Under the pieces are notes generated by a model. It was given only the letters and a program-made list of their open reading frames with translations, was not told where the DNA came from and searched no databases. Made by a program: the position numbers and the translations under genes. Positions 20,901-30,551 of a stretch of DNA of 32,000 nucleotides are shown here, piece by piece (positions within the stretch are counted from its first letter, which is position 1; every line of letters begins with the position of its first letter). This stretch comes from Hyperthermus butylicus DSM 5456 (GTDB lineage: Archaea; Thermoproteota; Thermoprotei_A; Sulfolobales; Pyrodictiaceae). The stretch lies in assembly GCF_000015145.1 (NCBI RefSeq), contig NC_008818.1, positions 1,140,001 through 1,172,000 on the forward strand, read 5' to 3'.

Positions 20901-21638
20901 ATGGAGTTTGACGTTAACGCTATCGTTGAAGCACTAACCAAAGGCTACAGCCCTGTAATAGCCTCCTTCATTATCTCGTTCGTATTTAACGCCATACCCT
21001 ATATTACCGCTCCATACCTTGTAGTTATTGCTGGCTATGGGGCAATCCTCCCTGACCCCATTAGCAAGCTTGCTGTCGCTATTACAGGCGGTATAGGGGC
21101 AGCCCTCGGCAAGGTTGTAGTGTTCCTGCTTGGAAGAAGCGTACATCGCGTACTGCCGAGCAATATGAGGGAGAACGTAGTGTTCTTTGCTAGAACCTTT
21201 CAGAAGGGCGTATTTGTAGCTGTATTCCTCTTTGCTGCACTCCCACTGCCAGATGACGTGCTATATATACCCGTCGGCATGGCTGGCTATAAGTTGTTGC
21301 CCTTCTTCATAGCTGTCGCGATGGGTAAAACACTGATTACGCTACTAGCAGTGCTTCTAGGCGATGCAGTTAAACAGCTTGTTGGTGGAACAGACCCTAT
21401 AGTCATACTAGCACTTATAATTGCAAGCATAATTGTCTCGATAATCATAGCAAGGATAAACTGGAGGAAGATAATAGCGCTCTACAATGAGCGTGGCATC
21501 ATAAGAGCGTTTGTAGAGCTGATAATCCAGGTGTTCCTTGCGCTCCTACCCAGCAGCATTGCTAGACGTATCGAGGCCCGCGTCGATAGCTTACTAGGAG
21601 GAGTAGAACAGCAAGAGCCAGCAGGACAGCATAGATAG
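20901..21638 (+). CDS. VTT/DedA-like integral membrane protein
   Basis: Multiple hydrophobic segments with VTT-like core GIGAALGKVVVFLLGR and FLFAALPLPDDVLYIPVGMAGYKLLPFFIAVAMGKTL. Confidence 0.75.
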   Translation: MEFDVNAIVEALTKGYSPVIASFIISFVFNAIPYITAPYLVVIAGYGAILPDPISKLAVAITGGIGAALGKVVVFLLGRSVHRVLPSNMRENVVFFARTFQKGVFVAVFLFAALPLPDDVLYIPVGMAGYKLLPFFIAVAMGKTLITLLAVLLGDAVKQLVGGTDPIVILALIIASIIVSIIIARINWRKIIALYNERGIIRAFVELIIQVFLALLPSSIARRIEARVDSLLGGVEQQEPAGQHR

Positions 21639-22224
21639 CATCTCCCAGGCCGAAGCTAGGCCCCCCTCCTCTCCCCTCCGAGTCTGTGCTAGAGCTGTAC
21701 CTCGCTATATTCTCCGGAGTAGCTATGCTGGCACCTTCATGTATCCCCGTGAAGTGTTCTATAAGGCTAATCCACCATTCGTTGCTGGTAGTAGCGCCAG
21801 CCCGGCTGCTAGTGGTTTTGAAGCTGGATTTGTTAAACTGACCCGGCGGCTCACGCGTAACATTCACATCTAGGCTACAGACGCCATTCTTGAGGCTGAC
21901 TACCAGCTGGAGCTTCCCAGTGAGCGGTACTGGAGCACGTGTCGCCAATGTTGCTGTTAAACCACTTATATTGACGGTGATGGGTACCTCGCTCCCCGCA
22001 TAATATGCTTTTATATCAACTATTTCGCTACCACAAGCAACCCTAACAGCTAGGTGCTGCACAATGTAAACACCTGGCATGGATTGGATGGGTTCACTCG
22101 AAACCATGTTGACAGTACAATTGCAGTCTTCTAGCCTTGTTGCCCCTGCTGGGAAGCTAGCTAGTAGCAAGCCTTGGATTAGTGCTAATACTACTAGGCT
22201 CTGAGGCTGCTTCACAACTGTCAC
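21562..22224 (-). CDS. Putative secreted, C-terminally membrane-anchored protein
   Basis: N-terminal signal-like LVVLALIQGLLLASFPAGA; extracytoplasmic region; C-terminal AIYAVLLALAVLLLLVSYRRGPRYV. Confidence 0.6.
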   Translation of the reverse strand: MTVVKQPQSLVVLALIQGLLLASFPAGATRLEDCNCTVNMVSSEPIQSMPGVYIVQHLAVRVACGSEIVDIKAYYAGSEVPITVNISGLTATLATRAPVPLTGKLQLVVSLKNGVCSLDVNVTREPPGQFNKSSFKTTSSRAGATTSNEWWISLIEHFTGIHEGASIATPENIARYSSSTDSEGRGGGPSFGLGDAIYAVLLALAVLLLLVSYRRGPRYV

Positions 22225-24388
22225 CAGCTTCTATACCAGCCCGCTTGGCTAGTAGTAGCGCTAGGCTTCTAAGATGCTTCCGCACCTCACTACTATCGAC
22301 CCTTATGGCTGCTGTTATGTCTGCAAGGGTTTTACCCTGCAGTATCCTCATAACCGCCACCAGTTCCGCTTTAGGGTCTTCAAGGTCCAGCCTACCTCTT
22401 GCCAGTATATCGTTTACGAGTAGTAGCCATAGCACGTCGAGCACAGATTCTGCTTCAAGGCTACCGCATAGGAATAAGCTGAGCCTATACCTTTGCCACT
22501 CATCTATATCCGATAGGGGCTGCTGCGCTGGCACCTGGTGGGAGAATATTTCTACTAATATTTCTGCGGGGAGGCCACGGTAGAGGCTATGCGATGCTAG
22601 AAGCATTCTCTTCCTCGCAGCCGCTGCGACGCCTCCTAGTATCTTTGCGGCCTTGTTAGCTATGGGCTTCACGACTGCTATGTTATGCTCACCCGTAACC
22701 TTGTTGGGCAATGGCGACACGTAGATCGGAGTGTAGTTGTTTGCGAGCCAGAAGCCGAGTACGTCCGGCCTACCAAAAACTGCTCCAACCCAGTCGTATC
22801 CATCGCTAGATGCCACCTCCTCCACATAGCGTAGAAGCTTGCTGCCCAGGCCGCGGCGCTGGAGCCGGCTATGCACAGCGATCCTTACGATCCTCACGCC
22901 GCTGAGCTTGCCTGCTTCGGGTGCGTACTGGGCGAGTATGTCTGGCAGTATCCTAGCCGTTACAGGCAGCTCGGGACCCTCCAAGGCTGCATGGGCTACC
23001 GCGACAGGAGTATTCCCCGCTAGGAGAACGTATACGCGGTGGTGTGGAGCGTCGAGGAGTAGTGCTAGGTCGTCTGGCTCGTTGCGATAATGTGCCGATA
23101 CAAGGATTGAATAGACTGCCCTGAGGAGCTGCTGCTTCTCTACCAGCTCCTTGCGGTCGAGCTTTGCTGGACGCAGTTCTACACCGTCAAGGCTTGGCGG
23201 TTCAGGCTCCGAGACCCGAAGCATGAAGGTGTCGTAGAGCCAGCCCTCTAGGGGATCCCCGGGTGGGTAGCGGACCGGTGTTCGGAGCTCCACTACGAGT
23301 CTTGGCTCAGGGAGTATCTCCTCCGCAATCTTGGCTAGCACGCGGCCGCTACCCTCGTAGCCGTGTATGGTTGTAGCTGCTAGGAGCCTGGGAGCCCGTC
23401 TAGCAATACTCCTAAGCCTTGAGGGGCCTAGTGCAGCCGCCTCATCAACCACGGTGAAGGAGCCCGGATCGGCACGGTCTGGGGTATGGTATCTCACGTG
23501 AAACCATGGCCCGGCAATACCGATTACAATGTTTCCACGCCTTATCTCCCAGTGCCTGGTACCCAGCTTTCCAAGCGCGAGTCTGAGTATGCGGAAGAAG
23601 CTTTGAACATTTGCTGGACTCGGCGCTGTCACGGATACAAAGCCAGCCATGTGGCTTGCAACTATGTAGGCTACCGCCAGGCCTAGGAGGCCAGACTTGC
23701 CCCGTCCCCGGTCGCCCAGTACTAGGATGCTCCTACCCCTCGACCTCACGTGGGCTACTATCTTGTCGAGGGCCTCTGCCTGCTCTATCGTAGCAGCCGC
23801 TTCGAGAAGCTTGCGGTGTACTGGGCTCCTGGCACGGTAGCCCTCGGGGCCTGGTGGCTTTCTGGCCTTGCCGCGAGGGAGCCTCATGGAATAGACCGTG
23901 TCAAGGTCTGCATCTGCCCAGAAGAGGCTCTCCAGCCTGCCGAGACTGCGGAGGAGGTATTCGCGGTAGAGCCCAGTGCTCATTCCACCGCCGGGCTGCC
24001 ACACGTCAAGCCTGGGTACAACGAGGACTACAACGCCACCGCCCCTCACGGTTTCAGCGGCTGCTGCTAGCAGGTTGGGTCTAAGCAGGCCTGGAACAGC
24101 TAGGAGTACAGCATCGTTCTCCGTTCCTAACAGCTCCTCGATAGCACTAGGGCTGAGTACGCGGCTACACCGCTCCTGGAGCTCTCTCCTCAGCTCGGCT
24201 GGCGCAATACAAGCAACCTGGCTATAGACCTCGCTGAGCAGCCCCGCCACAGCGCTAGCACAGACTCCGATAGCTGTTGAGTGAAGTAGTACGAGTCCGC
24301 GGTAGCCGCTCCCTCTCAGCTCTGTAAGCCAGGCTGATAGCTGGCGTAGCACCATGTACAAGTCTAGCCGCCCCAGGACAGCCGCCAC
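22157..24388 (-). CDS. tmcA: tRNA(Met)/RNA cytidine acetyltransferase TmcA
   Basis: Walker-type LGDRGRGKSGLLGLAVAY, TVVDEAAALGPSRLRSIARRAPRLLAATTIHGYEGSGRVL, GNAT region VRIVRIAVHSRLQRRGLGSKLLRYVEEVA. Confidence 0.92.
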   Translation of the reverse strand: MAAVLGRLDLYMVLRQLSAWLTELRGSGYRGLVLLHSTAIGVCASAVAGLLSEVYSQVACIAPAELRRELQERCSRVLSPSAIEELLGTENDAVLLAVPGLLRPNLLAAAAETVRGGGVVVLVVPRLDVWQPGGGMSTGLYREYLLRSLGRLESLFWADADLDTVYSMRLPRGKARKPPGPEGYRARSPVHRKLLEAAATIEQAEALDKIVAHVRSRGRSILVLGDRGRGKSGLLGLAVAYIVASHMAGFVSVTAPSPANVQSFFRILRLALGKLGTRHWEIRRGNIVIGIAGPWFHVRYHTPDRADPGSFTVVDEAAALGPSRLRSIARRAPRLLAATTIHGYEGSGRVLAKIAEEILPEPRLVVELRTPVRYPPGDPLEGWLYDTFMLRVSEPEPPSLDGVELRPAKLDRKELVEKQQLLRAVYSILVSAHYRNEPDDLALLLDAPHHRVYVLLAGNTPVAVAHAALEGPELPVTARILPDILAQYAPEAGKLSGVRIVRIAVHSRLQRRGLGSKLLRYVEEVASSDGYDWVGAVFGRPDVLGFWLANNYTPIYVSPLPNKVTGEHNIAVVKPIANKAAKILGGVAAAARKRMLLASHSLYRGLPAEILVEIFSHQVPAQQPLSDIDEWQRYRLSLFLCGSLEAESVLDVLWLLLVNDILARGRLDLEDPKAELVAVMRILQGKTLADITAAIRVDSSEVRKHLRSLALLLAKRAGIEAGDSCEAASEPSSISTNPRLATS

Positions 24389-24463
24389 ATAACCCTACCA
24401 GAGATACTATTTTCACGCAGCAACAACAAGCAAAACCACGGCCCACACAGCCCCACCGGAGGG

Positions 24464-25597
24464 GTGTCCGCTTTGACTCTACCTATCAGCGAGGGCGAGC
24501 TGGACGAGTTCTTCAAGCTACTCAAAAAACTCTCAGACGCCTTTGGCGTCTCGGGCTACGAGGACGAAGTTAGAGGGATAATTATAGACGAGGTACGCGA
24601 GGCTGCCGACCATGTGGAAGTTGACCGCTTCGGCAATGTTATCGCCATAAAACGTGGAGGCCGCGGCACCATCAAAATCGTCTGGGACGCTCACATGGAC
24701 GAGATAGGGTTCCTAGTCAAACACATAGATGATAAAGGCTTTATCTATCTCTCACCAGTCGGCGGCTGGACCGACCACGTGCTGCCCGGGCAGAGGGTGC
24801 GAATACTCACAGACAACGGTACTTTAGTACGAGGCGTGATAGGGATAAAGCCACCACACCTCATGAAGCAGGAAGAGCGCAGCCAGGTGATACCCCTCGA
24901 CAAACTCTTCGTAGACATCGGTGCTTCGAGCAGGGAGGAGGTTGAGAAGCTCGGTATAAGGATTGGAAGCCCTGTAGACCTTGACCGAGAGACGATACGG
25001 CTGGTTGGCGACAGGGTAACCGGCAAGGCCTTTGACGACCGTGTCGGCGTAGCTGTGCTCATAAAGGCGTTCAAGGAGTTTAACCCTGCTGAGCAGACCG
25101 TATACCTTGTCATAGCTACGCAGGAGGAGGTAGGCCTTAAGGGCGCACGTGTGGCAGCTCAGAAGATACAGCCAGAGGCAGCAATAGCCGTAGACGTCAC
25201 AACCGCCAATGACGTACCAGGTGTAGAGGCAAAGGACCGCGTGGCAGAGGTAGGTAAGGGGCCCGCATTGACCGTTGCCGATGGGAGGAATGCTAGCGGG
25301 CTCATAGCGCATCCCAAACTGCTAAAGCTGCTTATGGAAACAGCTAAGGCTGAGGGGATACCCTACCAACTCTTCATCCTACCTGGAGGTACCACCGACG
25401 CCACCGCCATAGCGCTAGCAGGGGAGGGTGTACCCTCAGCCGTGGTATCGGTGCCAACACGTTACATCCACAGCCCTGTCGAGCTGCTAAGCCTCCGCGA
25501 CGCAGTATACGCCGCGAAGCTTGTCGCAGCGGCTACCTCGAGGATAACCAGGGAGTGGTACGACCGCGAAATACTGTGGGGCAAGAAGATAAAGTAG
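24464..25597 (+). CDS. M42-family metallo-aminopeptidase
   Basis: LSDAFGVSGYEDEVRGII, VWDAHMDEIGFLVKHID, KAFDDRVGVAVLI, ATQEEVGLKGARVAA, LPGGTTDATAIAL, VPTRYIHSPVELL. Confidence 0.92.
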   Translation: MSALTLPISEGELDEFFKLLKKLSDAFGVSGYEDEVRGIIIDEVREAADHVEVDRFGNVIAIKRGGRGTIKIVWDAHMDEIGFLVKHIDDKGFIYLSPVGGWTDHVLPGQRVRILTDNGTLVRGVIGIKPPHLMKQEERSQVIPLDKLFVDIGASSREEVEKLGIRIGSPVDLDRETIRLVGDRVTGKAFDDRVGVAVLIKAFKEFNPAEQTVYLVIATQEEVGLKGARVAAQKIQPEAAIAVDVTTANDVPGVEAKDRVAEVGKGPALTVADGRNASGLIAHPKLLKLLMETAKAEGIPYQLFILPGGTTDATAIALAGEGVPSAVVSVPTRYIHSPVELLSLRDAVYAAKLVAAATSRITREWYDREILWGKKIK

Positions 25598-25684
25598 CTT
25601 GTAACCCCAACTTTTAACCCTGCCACACCACAATCCTTCCGGACAACCTTATTCACGTAGCTCAGCGTCCTTTGGTGGCGTGCT

Positions 25685-27232
25685 GTGAGCCTCGAGGAGA
25701 AGCTTAGAGAGCTGGAGGAGCTTAGGCGTAGATCGCTCGAGGGTGGCGGCCCCGAGAAGATTAAGAGGCAGCGTGAGCGCGGCAAGCTCCTCGCGAGGGA
25801 GAGGCTTGACCTTCTCCTGGATCCTGGCAGCTTCCAGGAGCTAGACTGGCTCGTCACCACCCGCGGTGCACCACTCGGCGAGGTTCCAAGAATCCCTGGC
25901 GACGGCGTGGTAGCGGGGTTCGGCAGGATAAACGGTAGGCCCGTCTTTGTCTTCTCCCAGGACTTCACAGTAGCTGGTGGCAGTATAGGCGAGATGCACG
26001 CCGAGAAGATAGTGCGAACCATAAAGTACGCGTTGAAGAGCGGGGTCCCAGTCATAGGCATCTGGGACTCTGGGGGTGCCAGGATACAGGAGGGTGTCGC
26101 AGCCCTCCACGGTGTTGGAAGAATATTCAACGCGATAATCCAGGCCAGCGGTGTAATCCCACAGATATCCCTCGTCCTGGGCTCCTCGGCTGGTGGTGCA
26201 GCCTACGCCCCAGCTCTCATGGACTTCACGATCGTCGTTGACAAGATAACATACATGTTCGTCACCGGCCCAGACGTCGTAAGAGAGGTCACCGGCGAGG
26301 AGGTGACCTTCGAGCAGCTTGGAGGAGCACGGGTTCACAGCCAGTTAAGCGGCGTAGCCCACTTCCGCGCAGCAAACGAGGAGGAAGCCTTCAGGATTAC
26401 TAGGAGGCTACTCAGCTACCTCCCAGACAATAATGAAGCCCCGCTACCAATCATCGACACGGGAGACCCGGTAGATCGACGCGATCCCGATCTAGACTCT
26501 ATGGTGCCCGATGACCCCCATAAACCCTATGATATGAAGCAAGTGCTTGAGAGGATATTCGACCACGGCAGCCTCCTCGAGGTACAGCCGGAGTGGGGTA
26601 CAAGCATCATAACAGCCTTTGCTAGGCTCGGCGGTATACCCGTCTGCGTGGTTGCCAGCCAGCCACTAGTGCTGAGTGGCGCGATAGACATTAACGCCTC
26701 GTGTAAAGCAGCGCGATTCGTTAGGTTCTGCGACGCGTTCAACCTCCCAGTCATAACCTTCGTAGACGTGCCAGGCTACATGCCCGGCCTAGACCAGGAG
26801 CACGGCGGCATAATCAGGCACGGTGCTAAGATGCTCTACGCTTACGCTGAGGCTACGGTTCCAAAGCTAACAGTCGTGGTTAGGAAGGCCTACGGCGGAG
26901 CATATATCTCGATGGGCAGCAAGTCGCTGGGAGCGGACATAGTCTATGCATGGCCCACGGCAGAGATAGCCGTGCTCGGTGCTGAGGCAGCTGTACGCAT
27001 ACTTTACCGGAAACGCCTCCGCGCGGCGGAGAACCCAGAGGAGGAGAGGAAACGACTCATAGACGAGTATCGCAGGACATTCCTAAACCCGTTCCGAGCC
27101 GCAGAGTTAGGCCTCGTAGACGACGTGGTTAAACCCAGTGAGACCCGCTACAAGCTCTACACAGCACTCGAGGTACTACTAAAGAAGAGGGAACCCAGGC
27201 TACCCAAGAAGCACGGAAACATACCACTCTAA
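25685..27232 (+). CDS. Acyl-CoA (propionyl/acetyl-CoA) carboxylase, carboxyltransferase subunit
   Basis: KRQRERGKLLARERLDLLLDPGSFQELD, GDGVVAGFGRINGRPVFVFSQDFTVAGGSIGEMHAEKI, DSGGARIQEGV, VDVPGYMPGLDQEHGGIIRHGAKMLYAYAEATVPKLTVVVRKAYGGAYISM. Confidence 0.93.
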   Translation: MSLEEKLRELEELRRRSLEGGGPEKIKRQRERGKLLARERLDLLLDPGSFQELDWLVTTRGAPLGEVPRIPGDGVVAGFGRINGRPVFVFSQDFTVAGGSIGEMHAEKIVRTIKYALKSGVPVIGIWDSGGARIQEGVAALHGVGRIFNAIIQASGVIPQISLVLGSSAGGAAYAPALMDFTIVVDKITYMFVTGPDVVREVTGEEVTFEQLGGARVHSQLSGVAHFRAANEEEAFRITRRLLSYLPDNNEAPLPIIDTGDPVDRRDPDLDSMVPDDPHKPYDMKQVLERIFDHGSLLEVQPEWGTSIITAFARLGGIPVCVVASQPLVLSGAIDINASCKAARFVRFCDAFNLPVITFVDVPGYMPGLDQEHGGIIRHGAKMLYAYAEATVPKLTVVVRKAYGGAYISMGSKSLGADIVYAWPTAEIAVLGAEAAVRILYRKRLRAAENPEEERKRLIDEYRRTFLNPFRAAELGLVDDVVKPSETRYKLYTALEVLLKKREPRLPKKHGNIPL

Positions 27233-27755
27233 CCCCACGAAACCAAGGCCATGCTCTAGAGCAAGATCGCACTGATGACGATAGAAGCGGCATCCAGACC
27301 TGAATTCCACATCGTAACCCTCCCCTTGCCCACTCGCTATCATTCCTAGCACACCCAGCCCACCTACACACTGACACATACATGGTGTACATGCATGACA
27401 TGCCGTTAACTCTACTCTGGATTGCAAGGAGAGCCTAGCACACGAAAACCGCATAGATGGGGGCGAGCCGCTCTACATCCTTGTACTCCGACTGACGCTT
27501 GTCAACCCTGGCTGCGATAAAGTAGTAGATAAAGTAGTATGTGAAGATACTAGAAGCGCAGACTCCCGGCACGCTGAAGCTGTGTTCCCAGCGATTGTGC
27601 AGGGTCCGCCAGCGCTGTGTACAAGCACCCTCACGGTATCACTCAGCAGTAGACCTCTGCCAAGCCCTGCCCGGACAACACCTGCTAGGTAGAGGGGTCG
27701 AAGATGAGCCACCGTGGGGAAAGCATCGCCACGCATCCAGGCTAGCTGCGCAGTA

Positions 27756-28232
27756 TTAGCTGCTACACTTTATCCTCGCGAGAGGCTGCCCACGCCCGAC
27801 GCCCATCCCACTATCGACAACATACTCCACAACACCGCTGCAGGGGGCGTGCACCTCGTTAACCATCTTCATAGTCTCAACAAGCAACAACAAGTCCCCC
27901 TTGTCCACACGTTCCCCTACCGAGACATGTACATCGACAACCTTCACTGGGAGCTTAGCCCGCAGCTCGCTACTCTCCGGGTCAAACTCTACGAGCCAGG
28001 ACTCGGCAGAGGAAACATCGCCGGCTCGACCACGCTCAGCCTCTTCTTCGGCGAGTACGAGGTCTGAGATGTGGTAGCTGCCGTAGGGGGTCTCCAATAT
28101 GTCCCCTACTAGGCGGGCCTTAACCGAAACCTTGCGCCCGTCCTCTAGCTCGACAACGGCCTCATAGACGCCTATATCTACCTCCCGGAACTCGACGAGC
28201 CTAGGTCCTCCACGGCGGCCATGGCCATCCAT
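27756..28232 (-). CDS. Biotin carboxyl carrier protein
   Basis: C-terminal biotinyl domain VHVSVGERVDKGDLLLLVETMKMVNEVHAPCSGVVEYVVDSGMGVGRGQPLARI. Confidence 0.88.
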   Translation of the reverse strand: MDGHGRRGGPRLVEFREVDIGVYEAVVELEDGRKVSVKARLVGDILETPYGSYHISDLVLAEEEAERGRAGDVSSAESWLVEFDPESSELRAKLPVKVVDVHVSVGERVDKGDLLLLVETMKMVNEVHAPCSGVVEYVVDSGMGVGRGQPLARIKCSS

Positions 28233-29676
28233 GGCTAGCTACCACCGGTAGCTTGGCAGCAGCTATCCCCGTTAGGCCGAGCGGCTTAGCCCGTATCCTG
28301 GAGGCTATAGCCCTAACTATGTTCCTCCTAGCCCTTAGCTGGGAGAGCAGCTCTCCCAGCTTCTCCTCGAGGATCCTCGTGTGAAACGCTGCTTTCCTAA
28401 ACCAGTCAGACTCCACGATAGTTCTGAGGAGTTCGAGATTAGTCTTTACGCCTGCGACAACGGTTTCGTGGAGAGCCGCACGTAGCCTTGCAACAGCCTC
28501 AGCACGATCCCTACCCCAGGCGATAACCTTGAGGAGCAGTGTGTCGTAGCGGGTAGAGATCCTTAGCCCCCTCTCGGCGCCAGAGTCGACCCTCACGCCG
28601 GGGCCGCGGGGCTCACGGTACCCGGTTACGACGCCCTCCACGGCTCTGAACCCGTTCTCCGGGTCCTCGGCGTAGATGCGGGCTTCTATCGCCCAGCCGT
28701 GGAGCTTGATGTCCTCTTGTCCGAGCTGGAGCTCGCGGCCAGCAGCTATGAGGAGCTGCTGCTTTACAATATCGATGCCTGTCACCGCCTCTGTGACACC
28801 GTGCTCCACCTGGAGCCTCGCATTAGCCTCTATGAAGTATGGCTGTCCCCTCTCATCAACTATAAACTCTATCGTGCCGGCGCTCTGGTACTCGGCCTCC
28901 TCGGCGAGCCTTAGAGCGTAGTCTACGAGTCTGCTTCTAACCTGCGGCACCTTCTCGGCGAACGGGCTCGGAGCCTCCTCTATAATCTTCTGCCTCCTCC
29001 TCTGGATGGAGCACTCCCTCTCGTAGAGGTGTACCACGTGGCCCTGCCCATCGCCGAGAATCTGCACCTCGATGTGCCTCGGGTTCCTAACATACTTCTC
29101 TATGTAGACCACTCCGGCATCGCCGAAACCATTGCGGGCCTCAAGGCTCACGAGGCGGTAAGCTCTCCTAACCTCCTCGCTATTCGACGCAACCCTCATG
29201 CCCCTACCGCCGCCAGCCTTTGAAGCCTTCAACATCACCGGATATCCTATCCTCTCGGCACACCTCACAGCCTCCTCAGCACTACGAGCTTCGCACCAGG
29301 GAGGCGTGGGCACGCCAACCTTCTCTGCTAGCTGCTTGGCGCGGTGCTTATCGCCTAGGAGCTCCATGGTCTCCGGCTTTGGACCGGCCCAGGATATCCC
29401 GGCGTCGAGCACCTTCCTGGCAAAGGAGGGGTCTTCCGAGAGGAAGCCGTAGCCGGGGTGAAGTATGTCGGCGCCAGCCTTGATGGCCGCCTCCACGACG
29501 GAGTCGGGGTTAGTATAGCTCTCAACCATTACGGAGAACGTGCCAGCCCTAACATGGGGGCTATGGGCGTCGTCGGGGGCGTATATGGTTATAGGCTCCC
29601 AGCCCAGCTCCCTAACGGCGCGAGCGATGCGGATAGCTATCTCGCCACGCGTAGCTACCAACACCCTCAGGGCCAC
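28201..29676 (-). CDS. Biotin carboxylase subunit of acyl-CoA carboxylase
   Basis: RVLVATRGEIAIRIARAVRELG, LHPGYGFLSED, KASKAGGGRGMRV, HVYERECSIQRRRQKIIEEAPSP, FIEANARLQVEHGVTEAVTGIDIV. Confidence 0.93.
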   Translation of the reverse strand: MALRVLVATRGEIAIRIARAVRELGWEPITIYAPDDAHSPHVRAGTFSVMVESYTNPDSVVEAAIKAGADILHPGYGFLSEDPSFARKVLDAGISWAGPKPETMELLGDKHRAKQLAEKVGVPTPPWCEARSAEEAVRCAERIGYPVMLKASKAGGGRGMRVASNSEEVRRAYRLVSLEARNGFGDAGVVYIEKYVRNPRHIEVQILGDGQGHVVHLYERECSIQRRRQKIIEEAPSPFAEKVPQVRSRLVDYALRLAEEAEYQSAGTIEFIVDERGQPYFIEANARLQVEHGVTEAVTGIDIVKQQLLIAAGRELQLGQEDIKLHGWAIEARIYAEDPENGFRAVEGVVTGYREPRGPGVRVDSGAERGLRISTRYDTLLLKVIAWGRDRAEAVARLRAALHETVVAGVKTNLELLRTIVESDWFRKAAFHTRILEEKLGELLSQLRARRNIVRAIASRIRAKPLGLTGIAAAKLPVVASHGWPWPPWRT

Positions 29677-29774
29677 GGTGCTCTACACCCATCACCCTCT
29701 TAGCGGGCCCAACACGTTCGGAACGTGTGGATAGCGGATAAATAAGTAAGGGTTTTTGACAGGTGGCGAGATAG

Positions 29775-30533
29775 GTGTACGGCGGGTGTCGAACACTGTG
29801 CTACTCAGCGCAGCTCCGCCAGGTGCTTGGGCAGCTTAGCGTTTTAGAGGTATACGACGCTATAGATACGACTATGGACGCCACGCCCCCCAGGCTCCCG
29901 GCCGCTGTCGCCGCGCTCACACAGCGCCGGGGCCGTGGCAGAACTGGGGCCTGGCACAGCCCTCGGGGCGGCGCATGGATAACGGTATTCCTCAACGCAC
30001 CGCCCGACCCCAGGCTCCCCACAGCTGTTGGGGGCTACCTCGCAGGGCTCCTCGAGGAGTTCCTATGCGGCGCCGTACACCTCACCGTCAAATGGCCAAA
30101 CGACGTCTACGCGGGCGGGAGGAAGCTCGCCGGCATCCTGGTCGAGCACCGTGCGGGAATGCTACGGGTGGGCGTGGGGGTGAACGTCTACAACGAGCCG
30201 CCGCCGGGCGCGACGTCGCTAGCCCAGCTGGGCTACGGGGGTCCGCTAGCGCTGGTCTACGCCGCCATCATAGAGGCTGTTATGAGGGCTGCGGAGGACC
30301 CCGCAGGCGGCGTCGCGGAGGCTGCCGCCAGGGACATGCTCTGGGGCTGCAGGGTAGCCATAGAATCCCCCGAGGGGCTCGTCGAGGGAGTAGCCAGAGG
30401 CATCACTAGCAGTGGAGCCCTACTCGTCGAGACGGGTGAGGGGACCGTGGAGCTGGCGTGCTGCCACGTAAAAGCCTGGAGCTGCAGTAACACCAGGCCA
30501 GCCACCAAGTCAAGCCCGGCGGGAGGAGACTAG
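29775..30533 (+). CDS. birA: Biotin--[acetyl-CoA-carboxylase] ligase
   Basis: QRRGRGRTGAWHSPRGGAWITVFL and TVKWPNDVYAGGRKLAGILVEHR, VGVGVNVYN. Start uncertain; no N-terminal HTH apparent. Confidence 0.85.
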   Translation: MYGGCRTLCYSAQLRQVLGQLSVLEVYDAIDTTMDATPPRLPAAVAALTQRRGRGRTGAWHSPRGGAWITVFLNAPPDPRLPTAVGGYLAGLLEEFLCGAVHLTVKWPNDVYAGGRKLAGILVEHRAGMLRVGVGVNVYNEPPPGATSLAQLGYGGPLALVYAAIIEAVMRAAEDPAGGVAEAAARDMLWGCRVAIESPEGLVEGVARGITSSGALLVETGEGTVELACCHVKAWSCSNTRPATKSSPAGGD

Positions 30534-30551
30534 CCCCGGGATGGCCCGGCC

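Noticed and set aside
25462-26338. Minus-strand ORFs of 222 and 165 aa opposite the carboxyltransferase gene
   Set aside because: They overlap a strongly supported plus-strand enzyme gene, with Ser/Pro-rich artefactual sequence.
27262-27310. Possible C/D sRNA (CTGATGAC...ACCTGA)
   Set aside because: Box C lacks the expected purine, spacing is too short for a full C/D/C'/D' RNA, and no terminal stem was seen.
28676-29734. Several plus-strand ORFs of 64..87 aa inside the biotin carboxylase gene
   Set aside because: Antisense frames of a clearly coding gene; composition is an artefact of codon bias.
29975-30409. 144-aa plus-strand ORF rich in Arg/Gly/His
   Set aside because: Shifted frame inside the biotin ligase gene; low-complexity composition.
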